A stretch of DNA of 64,000 nt from Candidatus Multivoradales bacterium (GTDB lineage: Bacteria > Acidobacteriota > Thermoanaerobaculia > Multivoradales > Multivoraceae): the NCBI GenBank assembly GCA_965223325.1, contig CBDCWI010000002.1:992001-1056000 (forward strand), in the 5' to 3' direction. This document shows positions 8,141-17,842 of the stretch, in pieces. Positions within the stretch are counted from its first letter, which is position 1. Each line of letters begins with the position of its first letter. A model generated the notes under the pieces. That model ran no database searches. It saw only the letters and a list, made by a program, of their open reading frames with translations, and was not told the origin of the DNA. A program made the translations under genes and the position numbers.

Positions 8141-9412
8141 TCAGCCTCCAACCACGAATCGGGCCAGTAGCGCGAGAAACTCGGGGTCAATGCGGCGTGT
8201 CTTCGGATCAGAGATTCCGTGCCCTGCTCCATCGAAGACCCGCACCGTGAGGTCGACCTCGGGCGGAACCTCTCGCAGCAGCTCGACGCTCCGCTCGACC
8301 GGCACATTGTCATGCTCGTCCTCTCGTCCATAGACGATCAGTCCGCGTGCACGCAGGTTCTTCCAGTGCGGCAGCGGGTCGAAGTCACCGTTCAGCTGCC
8401 ACCAGGTGGGACGCTTCTTCTTCGCCAGGGCGGCCCGAAACTTCCCCAGCGCACCTCCACCCAGCTCGTGAACGACCTGCTGGTTGGGGGTGACCGCAGC
8501 GGCGGAGATTGCGACGACGAACTCGAAGGGCGGCCTTTCACCGTCGCTGTCTTGCCGGCGATCGCCACGGTCGACGCTTGCTGCCAGCGGCGCAATCCAG
8601 CCGCCCTGACTCATCCCGACGAGCCCGATCCGCATCGGGTCGACCGCTCCGTGGCGGCGCAGGTAGTCCGCCGCAGCCAGGGCATCGGTGGCGAACTGCT
8701 CGAAACTCGCTACCGTCCAATCGCCCCCGGACTTGCCGGTGCCGCGCTTGTCGGGCAGCACCACGAAGGCGCCCGCAGAGACCAGGCGATGGGCCATCGC
8801 CTGGTACCAGAGGTTGTCGCGGTCGCTTGGCCCGGAGCCGTGAATGAAGACCGCACCCGGACTGAGGCCTGCCGCAGATGGCCGGTAGAGCGTCGCCGAG
8901 AGGTCGACTCCAGAGTGCCCGATGGTGATCTCCTCGACGTGATAGGGGGGCGGATCGAGGCGCTGGGCGGCGTGCTCGTTCTTCTCGTCGTCAAGCCACG
9001 AGAACCCAGGCGGTGAGGTCTTGCCGTGGCCCTCGAGGAACTGCACCTGTCGCGCACCACCCTGGTGACACGACCCACTCCAGGTCCAACCATCGCCCTC
9101 GCGGATCATTCGGGTCGAACAGTCGTTCTCGAAGTCGGCCACGTACAGTCCTCCTCGAGCACTCGGCTGAACCAGCACGCGCTCGCCCGACTCCAGCTCG
9201 TACCAACCGTAGAGCCGGGTCTCGGGCGAGGCCTCCTCGGCCGCCGCAACCGTGGCCCCGACGGCCAGGAGTACCACCGGCAGCCAACGGGACCTGTGGC
9301 GGTGCCTGAGGTGCCGGGGCAGAGCCCCGCGGCCGTCCCGTCTTTTCTTCCAAGCTGCTTTCTTCCAACGGACTTTCTTCCTACGGATCAATGTCAATGC
9401 TGACTCGATCAT
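8141..9412 (-). CDS. Alpha/beta hydrolase (S9/S33 peptidase-esterase-like), probably exported
   Basis: 'FIHGSGP', 'DKRGTGKSGG', nucleophile GMSQGG, 'DNVP', 'GAGH'. Start uncertain (ATG9412 chosen). Confidence 0.8.
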   Translation of the reverse strand: MIESALTLIRRKKVRWKKAAWKKRRDGRGALPRHLRHRHRSRWLPVVLLAVGATVAAAEEASPETRLYGWYELESGERVLVQPSARGGLYVADFENDCSTRMIREGDGWTWSGSCHQGGARQVQFLEGHGKTSPPGFSWLDDEKNEHAAQRLDPPPYHVEEITIGHSGVDLSATLYRPSAAGLSPGAVFIHGSGPSDRDNLWYQAMAHRLVSAGAFVVLPDKRGTGKSGGDWTVASFEQFATDALAAADYLRRHGAVDPMRIGLVGMSQGGWIAPLAASVDRGDRRQDSDGERPPFEFVVAISAAAVTPNQQVVHELGGGALGKFRAALAKKKRPTWWQLNGDFDPLPHWKNLRARGLIVYGREDEHDNVPVERSVELLREVPPEVDLTVRVFDGAGHGISDPKTRRIDPEFLALLARFVVGG

Positions 9413-10418
9413 GGTCTGCTCCGGATCGGGTGGGTTGATGCAGCATCTCGGGGGCCTCGTACTCCGCGCCGCGCCGCTTCCACCCCAGCCCGTTGGCAAG
9501 CGCCTGGAGCTCAAAGGCATCGAACACGTAGCGCAGAGGGAAGCGATAAGGCGCACTACGCTGTTCGTCGCTCAGGCTGGCCCAGGTGCGGGGCGGAAAG
9601 AGCACTGGAGCGTCGGGCTCTCCGGCGGGCAGCTCGGCGTCGACAGACAGCACGACGCTTTGAACTTCAATCTTCGATGGCCCAAGCGCGGCCACGACGT
9701 CAGCCGCCACTGCCTCCGCGGTTGGCTGGTCCGTCTCGGCAACCAGCGCCTGCGCAGGAGGTCGGCCGAGCCGGCGCTCGAGCACGCGCGCCAGGCCTGC
9801 CATGGGAGCGATCCCGACGAAGTGGGTCTCGCTCAATCGCAGCGGCCACCGGCGCCTGATTTCGTTGTAGTGAAAGTAGGTCGCCACCACCGACCCCTCG
9901 GGCAGCTGCTCGAGCTCCTCGAGGCAATGACCGACCGCCTCGACCCCAAAGACCGAAGAGATCTGGGTCGCCAGGTCCTCCGCCTGCGCGCGGCTGCACT
10001 CGACGACGTGAACAGCCGGTGGCCCACTCGTTTCACCCGCGAGATGCGACGCGAGCCGCAGCATCAGCTCATCGGCCGACCAGCCGTGCTGGCGCCGCGC
10101 GCTGGCGACCAGCGAGTCGAGAAACCGATCGCTGGAGGCTCCAGGTGAAGAGTCCGTCTCGGCGGCAGGCCCTGGTGCACTGACGCGGGTCCCCGCACGG
10201 CCCTTCGAGGTCACCAGTCCCTCGCGCGCCAGCTCGGCATAGGCATGGCGGACGGTGTGGAGATGGACACCCCAGGCCTCGGCGGCATCTCTCAAGGTGG
10301 CCAGGCGATCGCCGGGGCCGATTTCGCCGGCCCGGATTCTCGCCCGCAGCTGTTCGGCGATTTGGTGGAAGAGAGGGACAGGGCTCTTCGCGTCGAGCTC
10401 GATCAGTTCATGGCTCAC
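9381..10418 (-). CDS. GntR-family transcriptional regulator with extended C-terminal domain
   Basis: 'PLFHQIAEQLRARI..G..GDRL..LRDAA..WGVHLHTVRHAYAELAREGLV' winged HTH. GTG10418 follows a GAGGG RBS. Confidence 0.9.
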   Translation of the reverse strand: MSHELIELDAKSPVPLFHQIAEQLRARIRAGEIGPGDRLATLRDAAEAWGVHLHTVRHAYAELAREGLVTSKGRAGTRVSAPGPAAETDSSPGASSDRFLDSLVASARRQHGWSADELMLRLASHLAGETSGPPAVHVVECSRAQAEDLATQISSVFGVEAVGHCLEELEQLPEGSVVATYFHYNEIRRRWPLRLSETHFVGIAPMAGLARVLERRLGRPPAQALVAETDQPTAEAVAADVVAALGPSKIEVQSVVLSVDAELPAGEPDAPVLFPPRTWASLSDEQRSAPYRFPLRYVFDAFELQALANGLGWKRRGAEYEAPEMLHQPTRSGADHDRVSIDIDP

Positions 10419-10440
10419 TTCGGTGCCCTCAAGGTGGTTC

Positions 10441-10480
10441 ACTACGTTACATATAACGTTACGTAAGAACATAACATAGT
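10441..10480. promoter_or_regulatory. AT-rich palindromic operator candidate for the adjacent GntR regulator
   Basis: ACGTTA-N4-TAACGT (10444-10459) overlapping TTACGTAA (10459-10466), in the divergent gntR/esterase spacer. Confidence 0.55.
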
Positions 10481-10589
10481 TCGGCCGCCAACTTCGTCGA
10501 GAAGAACCAGGAATAGACGAGATTCTGTAGGAATTGATAGTTTGGAGGCCCCGACCAGGGGCCGCGACCACCACACCCGAAGGACCTCC

Positions 10590-11621
10590 ATGCCCCGTGC
10601 CTCGAGCGCCACACCCGCAGCGAACAACCGGCTCGGTCGACTTCAAAGGACCGCGCCAGCCTTCGCCACAGCGCTGTTCTTGGTCGCTTCATCCTCGCTG
10701 GCCACCGAAGAGAAGGCCCTCGACGTGGTGAGGTTCGAGGTCTCGCCCGTGGTATCTCACGACATCGAAGCCCAGGCCGTCGACCAGACCTTCCGCGTCC
10801 AGGTCAAGGTGCCGCCGCACAGACCTCGTAGCAAGCGCCAGTTCGGGGTGCTCTACGTCACTGACGTCAACGCATCGCTCGGCGCTCTGGCGGACGAGGT
10901 GCATCTGATGGGAATGGCCGGCGAGATCCCGTTACTCATCGTCGTTGGCATCGGATACCCCGTCGACAGCACCGCCCAGGCACTGCGCGTCCGCACCCGG
11001 GACCTGACCCCGGTGGCCGACCCGGCCCTCGCCGAGCTGGGGGTCTTCGCGCCCTGGCTCAAGGGAACTCTCAAGCCGTCGCGCCACACCGAAGGCGGCG
11101 GCGCTCGTGACTTTCTCGGTTTCCTTCACCAGGAGCTGTTCCCGTTCATCGAGGCCAACTACCCCGCCAAGAGCGACGACCGGGCCTACTTCGGCGATTC
11201 TCTCGGCGGCCTGTTCGGTCTCTGGGTGCTGCTCGAACGCCCGCAGACCTTCTCACGCTACATCCTGGGCTCACCGTCGACCTGGGTGGCCGACGAGTGG
11301 ATCATGCGAAGGGCCGCAGCCGTCGTGCGTCAGGTGGACGATCTTCCCGCCAAGGTGTTTCTCGGCATCGGCGGCGAAGAAGAAGACGGTGACCTCGCGC
11401 GTTTCGAAATGGTCACCAACCTCGAAGAGCTGCACGCTCAGCTAGAAGGCGCCGATCTCCCCTCACTCGAGGTCACCCGACACGTCTTCCCCGGCGAGAG
11501 TCACCATTCCGTCGTGCTGATGAGCCTGATGCGTGGCTTGCGCGCGGTGTACGAGCCGCAGTCCAACGCCTTGCTCGACGCGATGATCAAAGAGCTCGGG
11601 TCCCGAAGACCTCCTCGCTAG
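10590..11621 (+). CDS. Exported alpha/beta hydrolase, IroE-like esterase
   Basis: 'VLYVTD', 'IVVGIGYP', 'RTRDLTP', 'GGARDFLGFL', GDSLGG nucleophile, 'GESH'. Confidence 0.87.
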   Translation: MPRASSATPAANNRLGRLQRTAPAFATALFLVASSSLATEEKALDVVRFEVSPVVSHDIEAQAVDQTFRVQVKVPPHRPRSKRQFGVLYVTDVNASLGALADEVHLMGMAGEIPLLIVVGIGYPVDSTAQALRVRTRDLTPVADPALAELGVFAPWLKGTLKPSRHTEGGGARDFLGFLHQELFPFIEANYPAKSDDRAYFGDSLGGLFGLWVLLERPQTFSRYILGSPSTWVADEWIMRRAAAVVRQVDDLPAKVFLGIGGEEEDGDLARFEMVTNLEELHAQLEGADLPSLEVTRHVFPGESHHSVVLMSLMRGLRAVYEPQSNALLDAMIKELGSRRPPR

Positions 11622-11802
11622 CCACACCCCCCGGCGCCGGTGCGAAACACCGAGAAGCTCCCGACAACGCGAAGAGGCCATCAAGGCCCACCTATCCTGG
11701 GCTATCTGGTTGGCTCGATATTGCGGTGCGCTCATATGTTTGACTCGCAACGACCGCTGCGGGAGCCTGAGGACCCGTTCCATTTCATCTAAGGAGATTC
11801 TC

Positions 11803-11970
11803 ATGACGAACGCCCCCAAACAGGCGACCTGGTGGGTCGCGGTCATCCTCGGTGGTCTCGGTGTGCTCGCCAGCTTCGTTGCCATCCCGACTTTGTCGGC
11901 CTATTCGAGCTGGTTGGTGATCCTGGGCTTCGCGATCCTGGCGATCGCAACGGTCGTCAAGGGCCTCTAG
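11803..11970 (+). CDS. Small two-TM membrane protein (55 aa)
   Basis: Strong RBS TAAGGAGA before ATG, two hydrophobic helices, ends ..VVKGL. Confidence 0.75.
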   Translation: MTNAPKQATWWVAVILGGLGVLASFVAIPTLSAYSSWLVILGFAILAIATVVKGL

Positions 11971-12168
11971 CAGATTCCGCCGTCGAGGCGTGGCGGTCTC
12001 CGACTTCATGGGGTTCCATGAGGTCGCGGGCCGCCCTCTGCTGCTCCAGAGGGTTTCGCGTTGTAGGGGTCCTATGTAGAGCGTCCTGTAACGTGACGGA
12101 CGTTCACACACCCGGAGCCCTGGGCAATCCCCTCGTCGAGGTCCAGGCTTGCCGCCTCGACGTCAGGC

Positions 12169-13836
12169 TTGGAGATGCAGATGATCGTCGCACTTTCCCC
12201 GTTCAGCCGGCCCATTCGGCAGGTCGGCCTGCTCCTCGCTGTCCTGCTCGCGTCTCAGACCTTCAGCGGGGCGCAAGAACCGGTCGACTACGCCCGCGAT
12301 ATCCAGCCGATCCTCCTCGACTACTGCGTCGCCTGCCACGGCGCCAACGAGAGAACTCGCGAGGCCGACCTGCGCCTCGACGTAAAACAAGGAGCGTTTC
12401 GCGACCTCGGAGGTTACGCGGCCATCGCACCGGGCAAGCCGGAGGAGAGTGCGGTCTATCTGCGCATTGCCGCCGAAACTGCTGAAGAACGCATGCCGCC
12501 CTACACCTCGGGCTTCGAGCTCGAGCCGGAACATGTCGACTTGATTCGGCGCTGGATCGAAGAGGGTGCCAAGTGGCCGGACGCCCCGGTCGCGAGCAGC
12601 GCACCAGCCCAGCGACGGCGGGCGCCAGGGCTACCTGCGGTCGAGCTGCCCGATGAATTCTTGATCAACACCCATGACATCGAAGAGGTGCGGGTGGTGG
12701 TCGTAGCGCGCGGGCTTTCGCATCCTTGGTCGTTGGCCTTCCTGCCGCGGGGCGACATGTTGGTCACCGAACGCTCGGGGAGCCTGCGCCAGATCGAAGA
12801 CGGCGTGCTGGTTCCCGAACCGATCGCCGGCGTACCGACCGACGTCGTCGCCAAGGGCCTCGCCGGCATGATGGAAGTGGCCGTCCATCCCGATTTCGAA
12901 ACCAACCGCTACATCTACCTCACCTACACCCGCGCGCTCCCGAACGGTCCTGGAACCGTGGCGCTGGTACGCGGCCGCCTCGAGCGTGCCGAGCGACCGG
13001 GCGGGGCTCGAAGGCTCGTCGACGTCGAAGACCTCTTCGTCGCCGATCCCTGGGCCGGCAACGTCAGTGACACCGTCGCGGCAGCTTCGGGTACCGCGCG
13101 GGCGACCGCCGCTGCTCGTCTCGCTTTCGCCCCTGATGGCACCCTGTTCATGACCATGGGGGGTGCCTTCGGTGTCGAGCGCGACGACGGCACCCACAGT
13201 TTCGGCGGCAATGCGATGCTGGCCCAGGACCCCAACAGTCACGCCGGCAAACTCCTCCACCTCAACGACGATGGCACACCCGCCGCCGGCAATCCGTTCA
13301 TCGGCAAGCCGGGCCACAAACCCGAGATCTACTCGCTCGGCCACCGCAACCAGCAGGGCCTCGCCCTACACCCGACGACCCATGTGCCGTTTGCGGTCGA
13401 GCACGGGCCCCAGGGCGGCGACGAACTCAACGCCATCGAAGCCGGCGGCAACTACGGCTGGCCGGTGGTTTCCTACGGGCGTCACTACGATGGCCCGCGG
13501 ATCGCCAAGCAGTGGTGGCGCGAAGGCATGAAGCAGCCCGCGGTTCTCTGGGTGCCGTCGGTCGCGCCGTCGGGACTCGCCTTCTACACCGGCGACCGCT
13601 TCCCAGAGTGGAAGGGCAACCTGTTCGTGGGCGCGCTCATGGAAGGTCGAGTACCGGGCACCGGTCACCTCGAGCGCATCGTCCTCAACGAGCGCGGCGA
13701 GGAGCTGCGACGCGAGAGCCTGCTCTCCGAGTGGCGGCAACGCATTCGCGACGTGCGCCAGGGCCCTGACGGCCTGCTCTACCTGCTGACGGAAGAAAAC
13801 GAAGCGACCCTCCTGCGCCTCGAACCGGTCGACTAG
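12169..13836 (+). CDS. Planctomycete-type cytochrome c domain fused to a PQQ-dependent sugar dehydrogenase (GSDH/YliI-like) propeller
   Basis: 'VDYARDIQPIL..CVACHG..LRLD..PGKPEES..MPP..IRRWIEEGA', then 'GLSHPWSLAFLP', 'GHRNQQGL', 'EHGPQGGDELN', 'NYGWP', 'RIRDVRQGPDG'. Exact start uncertain. Confidence 0.85.
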   Translation: MEMQMIVALSPFSRPIRQVGLLLAVLLASQTFSGAQEPVDYARDIQPILLDYCVACHGANERTREADLRLDVKQGAFRDLGGYAAIAPGKPEESAVYLRIAAETAEERMPPYTSGFELEPEHVDLIRRWIEEGAKWPDAPVASSAPAQRRRAPGLPAVELPDEFLINTHDIEEVRVVVVARGLSHPWSLAFLPRGDMLVTERSGSLRQIEDGVLVPEPIAGVPTDVVAKGLAGMMEVAVHPDFETNRYIYLTYTRALPNGPGTVALVRGRLERAERPGGARRLVDVEDLFVADPWAGNVSDTVAAASGTARATAAARLAFAPDGTLFMTMGGAFGVERDDGTHSFGGNAMLAQDPNSHAGKLLHLNDDGTPAAGNPFIGKPGHKPEIYSLGHRNQQGLALHPTTHVPFAVEHGPQGGDELNAIEAGGNYGWPVVSYGRHYDGPRIAKQWWREGMKQPAVLWVPSVAPSGLAFYTGDRFPEWKGNLFVGALMEGRVPGTGHLERIVLNERGEELRRESLLSEWRQRIRDVRQGPDGLLYLLTEENEATLLRLEPVD

Positions 13837-14028
13837 CGAAGCTGGCGCTCGAAACGCGGGCCCAGCGGAGTATCGCTGGCCGAAAAAAGGGGGGCACGGG
13901 GTGATTCGGACACCTGGGAGGTCAACGCACCCTCACATGCTCCGCCAGGGCCCTCTGTGCCCATGGGCTACCATCCACTGCGATCACTGTTCCCCGCAAC
14001 CGCAGAACAACCGAGAAGAGTGAGCCCG

Positions 14029-14985
14029 ATGCAACGATTCGGCATGTCGATCCCTTTTGAAATCCCGCTCCACCAGCACAGAGACCTGTTCTCGAAAATG
14101 GTCGACATGGGGTACACCGACTTCTGGTCCTCCGAAGCCAACGGCAGCGACGGCTTCACGCCTCTCGCCCTGGCAGCGGCCTGGGCACCGACGGCGCGCC
14201 TCGGCGTCGCCATCATCCCGGCCTACACGCGTGGCCCCGCACTGATGGCAATGACCGTCGCCGCAATGGCGGAAGCCGCGCCGGGACGGTTCGTGATGGG
14301 TGTCGGCACCTCGTCGAACGTCATCGTCGAGCGCTGGAACGACGTCGCCTTCGAGCGCCCCTACTACAAGGCGCGCGACATGGTGCGCTTCCTCAAGAAG
14401 GCACTCGCGGGCGAGAAGGTCGACGAAGACTTCGACACCTTTCGGGTGCGCGGCTTTCGCCTCGCCCGCAAGGTCAAGCAACGACCACCCATCCTGCTGG
14501 CCGCGCTCCGCCAGGGAATGTTGCGCCTCGCGGGGCGCGAAGCCGACGGTGCGATTCTCAATTGGCTCTCGGCCGAAGACGTGAAGACCGTGACGCCTTA
14601 TGTTCACGAGGGCGGCGAAGGCAAAGAGATCGCCTGCCGCATCTTCGTCATCCCGAGCGCCGATCGCGAGCTCGCGCTCACCATCGGCCGGCGCGCGACC
14701 GCTGCCTACTTGAACGTACCGGTCTATGCCAGCTTCCATGAGTGGCTCGGGCGGAGCGACGACTTGCGCGGCATGTGGGACGCCTGGAAGGCAGGCGATC
14801 GCAAGCTGGCGCTCGAGAAGATCCCCGACGAAGTCGTCGACGCCCTGATCGTCAACGGCAGCCCGGCCGAGTGCCGCGACAAGATTCAGGAGTATGTCGC
14901 AGCGGGCGTCCACACGCCGGCAGTCTCACTTCTCCATCCCGGCGATGACCTCGACACCACTCTCGCCGAGCTGGTGCCGCGCTGA
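14029..14985 (+). CDS. LLM-class (probably F420-dependent) oxidoreductase
   Basis: 'GYTDFWSSEANGSDGFTPLA', 'RLGVAIIPAYTRGP', 'GRFVMGVGTS', 'MLRLAGREADG'. Confidence 0.85.
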   Translation: MQRFGMSIPFEIPLHQHRDLFSKMVDMGYTDFWSSEANGSDGFTPLALAAAWAPTARLGVAIIPAYTRGPALMAMTVAAMAEAAPGRFVMGVGTSSNVIVERWNDVAFERPYYKARDMVRFLKKALAGEKVDEDFDTFRVRGFRLARKVKQRPPILLAALRQGMLRLAGREADGAILNWLSAEDVKTVTPYVHEGGEGKEIACRIFVIPSADRELALTIGRRATAAYLNVPVYASFHEWLGRSDDLRGMWDAWKAGDRKLALEKIPDEVVDALIVNGSPAECRDKIQEYVAAGVHTPAVSLLHPGDDLDTTLAELVPR

Positions 14986-15003
14986 GCTCGTAGCGGTGCT
15001 TCG

Positions 15004-16053
15004 CTACGCCTCCTCTTCTCCGACGGTCTCGAGGAGACTGTCGCGGTAGCTCTCGAGGTTGACCAGCCGGGTCTCGAGGCGCTCGCGCTCCTCGGGCTCT
15101 TGGACCTCAGCGAGACGTTTCTTGAGGCTGTCGAGCTCGTGCTCGATGGCGGTGACCAGATCGCGCATCATCTGCAGCGAGGCAGCCTGCTCGGCCTTCT
15201 CGAACATGATCGCCTCCGGAGCGGTGTCAGCGACGTCTTCGACCACGCTGGTCTCGGGCGTGTACATGACCGGGCGGGAACCGATGGCTCGGTGGTTCGC
15301 AAACATCGGCGACACGATCTCGATCCCGGACGCGTGCAACGCGTCGAGCATCTTCTTGCGCAGGGTCGAACGGCGCGACACCAGTTCCTTGGTGTCGCGC
15401 ATGAGGCCCGCCAGGCGATACGAGATCGAATAGTCACCCAGTTCGGTCACGCTGACGAAGGCGTCGTCGAGCAAGCAATCGCTTGCTGCCTCGAGAAGAA
15501 TCCGCTCGACTTCGGTGCGCGGCGCATCGTAGCCGAGTGAAACCGTAGCCGAGAGAATCGTGCCGTCGCCGTTGACCACTTTGACCGGGTTGGTGACCAG
15601 GAAAAGGTTCGGCAGGGTCGTCAGGTCGCGGTCTTCGGTCTGAATCTCGGTATGGAAGAAGCCACGTTCCGACACCCGCCCGAAGTGACCGCTGACCGAC
15701 AGAAAGTCACCGATGCGGAAGTTGTTGAGCGAGCGCAGCATCATGCCGGCCATCAGGTTGCCGAGAAAAGTCGTCGATGAAAGGGCAATGGCAGCCGACA
15801 GCAAAAGGCCGATGAACTGCAGCACCTGGCCGCGCGTCGAACCGTCGAGTGGCATCGAGACCACGATGGCGAGAAAGAGAAGCGCGGCGAAGGCAAACAG
15901 CAAGAGCTGGACGCGCATTCGCAGTTCGGGACGCAAGCGCACCCGTCGCTCGAGAGACATCGCCAGGACCCGGTAGGCGATGTAGCCGACGATCGCAACC
16001 ATGACCGGCCGCAACCAGGGCAACAACTGCGCAACCAACTCCTGACTTTCCAT
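15004..16053 (-). CDS. Small-conductance mechanosensitive channel (MscS family) with coiled-coil tail
   Basis: Three TM helices, 'NLMAGMML..FRIGDFLSV..GRV', 'LPN', 'VSLGYD'. Confidence 0.88.
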   Translation of the reverse strand: MESQELVAQLLPWLRPVMVAIVGYIAYRVLAMSLERRVRLRPELRMRVQLLLFAFAALLFLAIVVSMPLDGSTRGQVLQFIGLLLSAAIALSSTTFLGNLMAGMMLRSLNNFRIGDFLSVSGHFGRVSERGFFHTEIQTEDRDLTTLPNLFLVTNPVKVVNGDGTILSATVSLGYDAPRTEVERILLEAASDCLLDDAFVSVTELGDYSISYRLAGLMRDTKELVSRRSTLRKKMLDALHASGIEIVSPMFANHRAIGSRPVMYTPETSVVEDVADTAPEAIMFEKAEQAASLQMMRDLVTAIEHELDSLKKRLAEVQEPEERERLETRLVNLESYRDSLLETVGEEEA

Positions 16054-16083
16054 CGCCGGAGAGCTTAACCCGCTTTCGCGCTC

Positions 16084-17829
16084 TCAGCTTTCGCTTCTAC
16101 CCAGGCGCTCGAGAGCAGCGGCTCGCAGCGAACGCTTCATCGTCTTGCCGTTGGCATTGCGGGGGAAGTGCTCATGGGTCAGGTGCCACTCCTTGGGCAC
16201 CTTGAACTTCGCGATCCGCGCCGCCAACCATTCGGCGAGCCCTGCGGAACTCGCCTCGCCGATCACGGTTTCGCCTCGCAGTTGCACCGACGCCGCGACC
16301 TCCTCGCCAAGCACTCGATCAGGAACTCCATAGACCGCTGCGTCCAGAACGTCTGGATGCTCGAAGAGAGCCGCCTCGACCTCGACGCAGTAGATGTTCT
16401 CGCCACCCCGAATCACCATGTCCTTGGCCCGGTCGACAATGGTGATGAAACCATCTTCGTCCATCGTGGCCAGGTCACCCGTGTGCAGCCAACCCTCGGT
16501 GAACGCCTCGGCGGTCGCCTCGGGTTTGTTCCAGTAGCCCTTGATGACGTTCGCACCGTGTAGCCAGAGCTCACCAGTTTCACCGCGCGGGAGCTCTTCG
16601 CCGTTCACATCGACGATCTTGCCAACGCACACCGGCACCGTAGGGCCGCAGCTCGCTGGCTTCAGGGCGTAGGTATCGCCGGCGTTACTCGACGAAACGG
16701 CCGAGGTCTCGGTCAGGCCGTAGCCGTTCGAAGGTGTGGCGTCCGGAAAGTGTTCCTGGAGGCGTCGCACGAGCTCGGGAGCAGCCGGCGCGCCGCCGTA
16801 GCCGATACGCAAGACACTCGAAGTGTCGGTGGTGCCAAAGGTCTCGCACTCGAGAACCTTCCACACCAGGGTTGGCACACCGCCGAAGCCGGTGATCTTC
16901 TCGCGCTCGATGATGCGCAGGGTTTCGTCGGGATCGAAGCGATAGACGAGCACCAGCTTGGCGCCGTTGGCAAGCGCCGGCACCATGGTCGAGTGGCAGC
17001 CAGTAACGTGAAACAGCGGCACCGAAAGAAGCGACGCGTAGTCGACGTCTGGGGGCTCGATGCCTTTGCGCAACTCGCCGCGCGCTTTGAGGAACTGGAG
17101 CGTTCGCACATTCGTGCATATGTTGCGATGGGTGCCGAGAGCGCCCTTGGGGAAACCGGTCGTTCCCGAGGTGTAGAAGATCGTCGCATCGTCGTCGGGC
17201 TCGAGGTCGACGCCAGGAAGCATCTCCCCCGCGCCGTCTACACCGCCGGGCCCTTCACCGAGGAGCTCTTCGCCGAGGAAGTCGGCCCAGTGCTCCACCC
17301 CGCAGTCTTCGCCACCTTCGGGTAGGTCATCTGTGCGAACCGCGACCACCCGGCGCACGTCGAGGTCGTCGAGATGTGGGGCAATGCGCTCGAGACGCTC
17401 GCCGTCGGCGACTAGAACGACGGCTCCCGAATCGGACAGGCCGTAGTGCATCTCTTCGCCCGTCCACCACGCATTGAGCGGTACAACGATCGCCCCGAGA
17501 CTGGTGGCGGCAAAGAAGGTCACCACCCACTCCGGGTAGTTGCGCATCGCGATCGCCACCCGATCACCCTTCGCGACTCCTGCGCGCGCCTCGAGCGCAC
17601 GCGCCGCCCGCACGACGAGCCGATAGTGTTCTTGAAACGTCAGCCGCTCATCTTCGTAGACCAACCAGGTGCCATCGCCGTAGGAGCGACTGTTCTCGAG
17701 GATTGCCCGCAGCGTTGGTGGTTGTCCCGACCAGGTGCGGGTTGGAATGCCGCGAATGTTCTCGACCTTGATCTCGAACTCGGCGCCGGGAGCAGTCAGG
17801 AGGCGGTCCGCCTCGGCGAGCGAAGTCAC
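16084..17829 (-). CDS. Long-chain acyl-CoA ligase (class I adenylate-forming enzyme)
   Basis: 'YTSGTTGFPKG', 'GYGLTET', 'GWLHTGD', 'DRAKDMVIRGGENIY', 'NGKTMK'. Confidence 0.93.
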   Translation of the reverse strand: MTSLAEADRLLTAPGAEFEIKVENIRGIPTRTWSGQPPTLRAILENSRSYGDGTWLVYEDERLTFQEHYRLVVRAARALEARAGVAKGDRVAIAMRNYPEWVVTFFAATSLGAIVVPLNAWWTGEEMHYGLSDSGAVVLVADGERLERIAPHLDDLDVRRVVAVRTDDLPEGGEDCGVEHWADFLGEELLGEGPGGVDGAGEMLPGVDLEPDDDATIFYTSGTTGFPKGALGTHRNICTNVRTLQFLKARGELRKGIEPPDVDYASLLSVPLFHVTGCHSTMVPALANGAKLVLVYRFDPDETLRIIEREKITGFGGVPTLVWKVLECETFGTTDTSSVLRIGYGGAPAAPELVRRLQEHFPDATPSNGYGLTETSAVSSSNAGDTYALKPASCGPTVPVCVGKIVDVNGEELPRGETGELWLHGANVIKGYWNKPEATAEAFTEGWLHTGDLATMDEDGFITIVDRAKDMVIRGGENIYCVEVEAALFEHPDVLDAAVYGVPDRVLGEEVAASVQLRGETVIGEASSAGLAEWLAARIAKFKVPKEWHLTHEHFPRNANGKTMKRSLRAAALERLGRSES

Positions 17830-17842
17830 CGCTGCCCTCTCT

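Noticed and set aside
10419-10646. Upstream extension of the GntR ORF to 10646
   Set aside because: It would overlap the divergent esterase start and the operator-like region. A GTG with an RBS at 10418 directly precedes the HTH.
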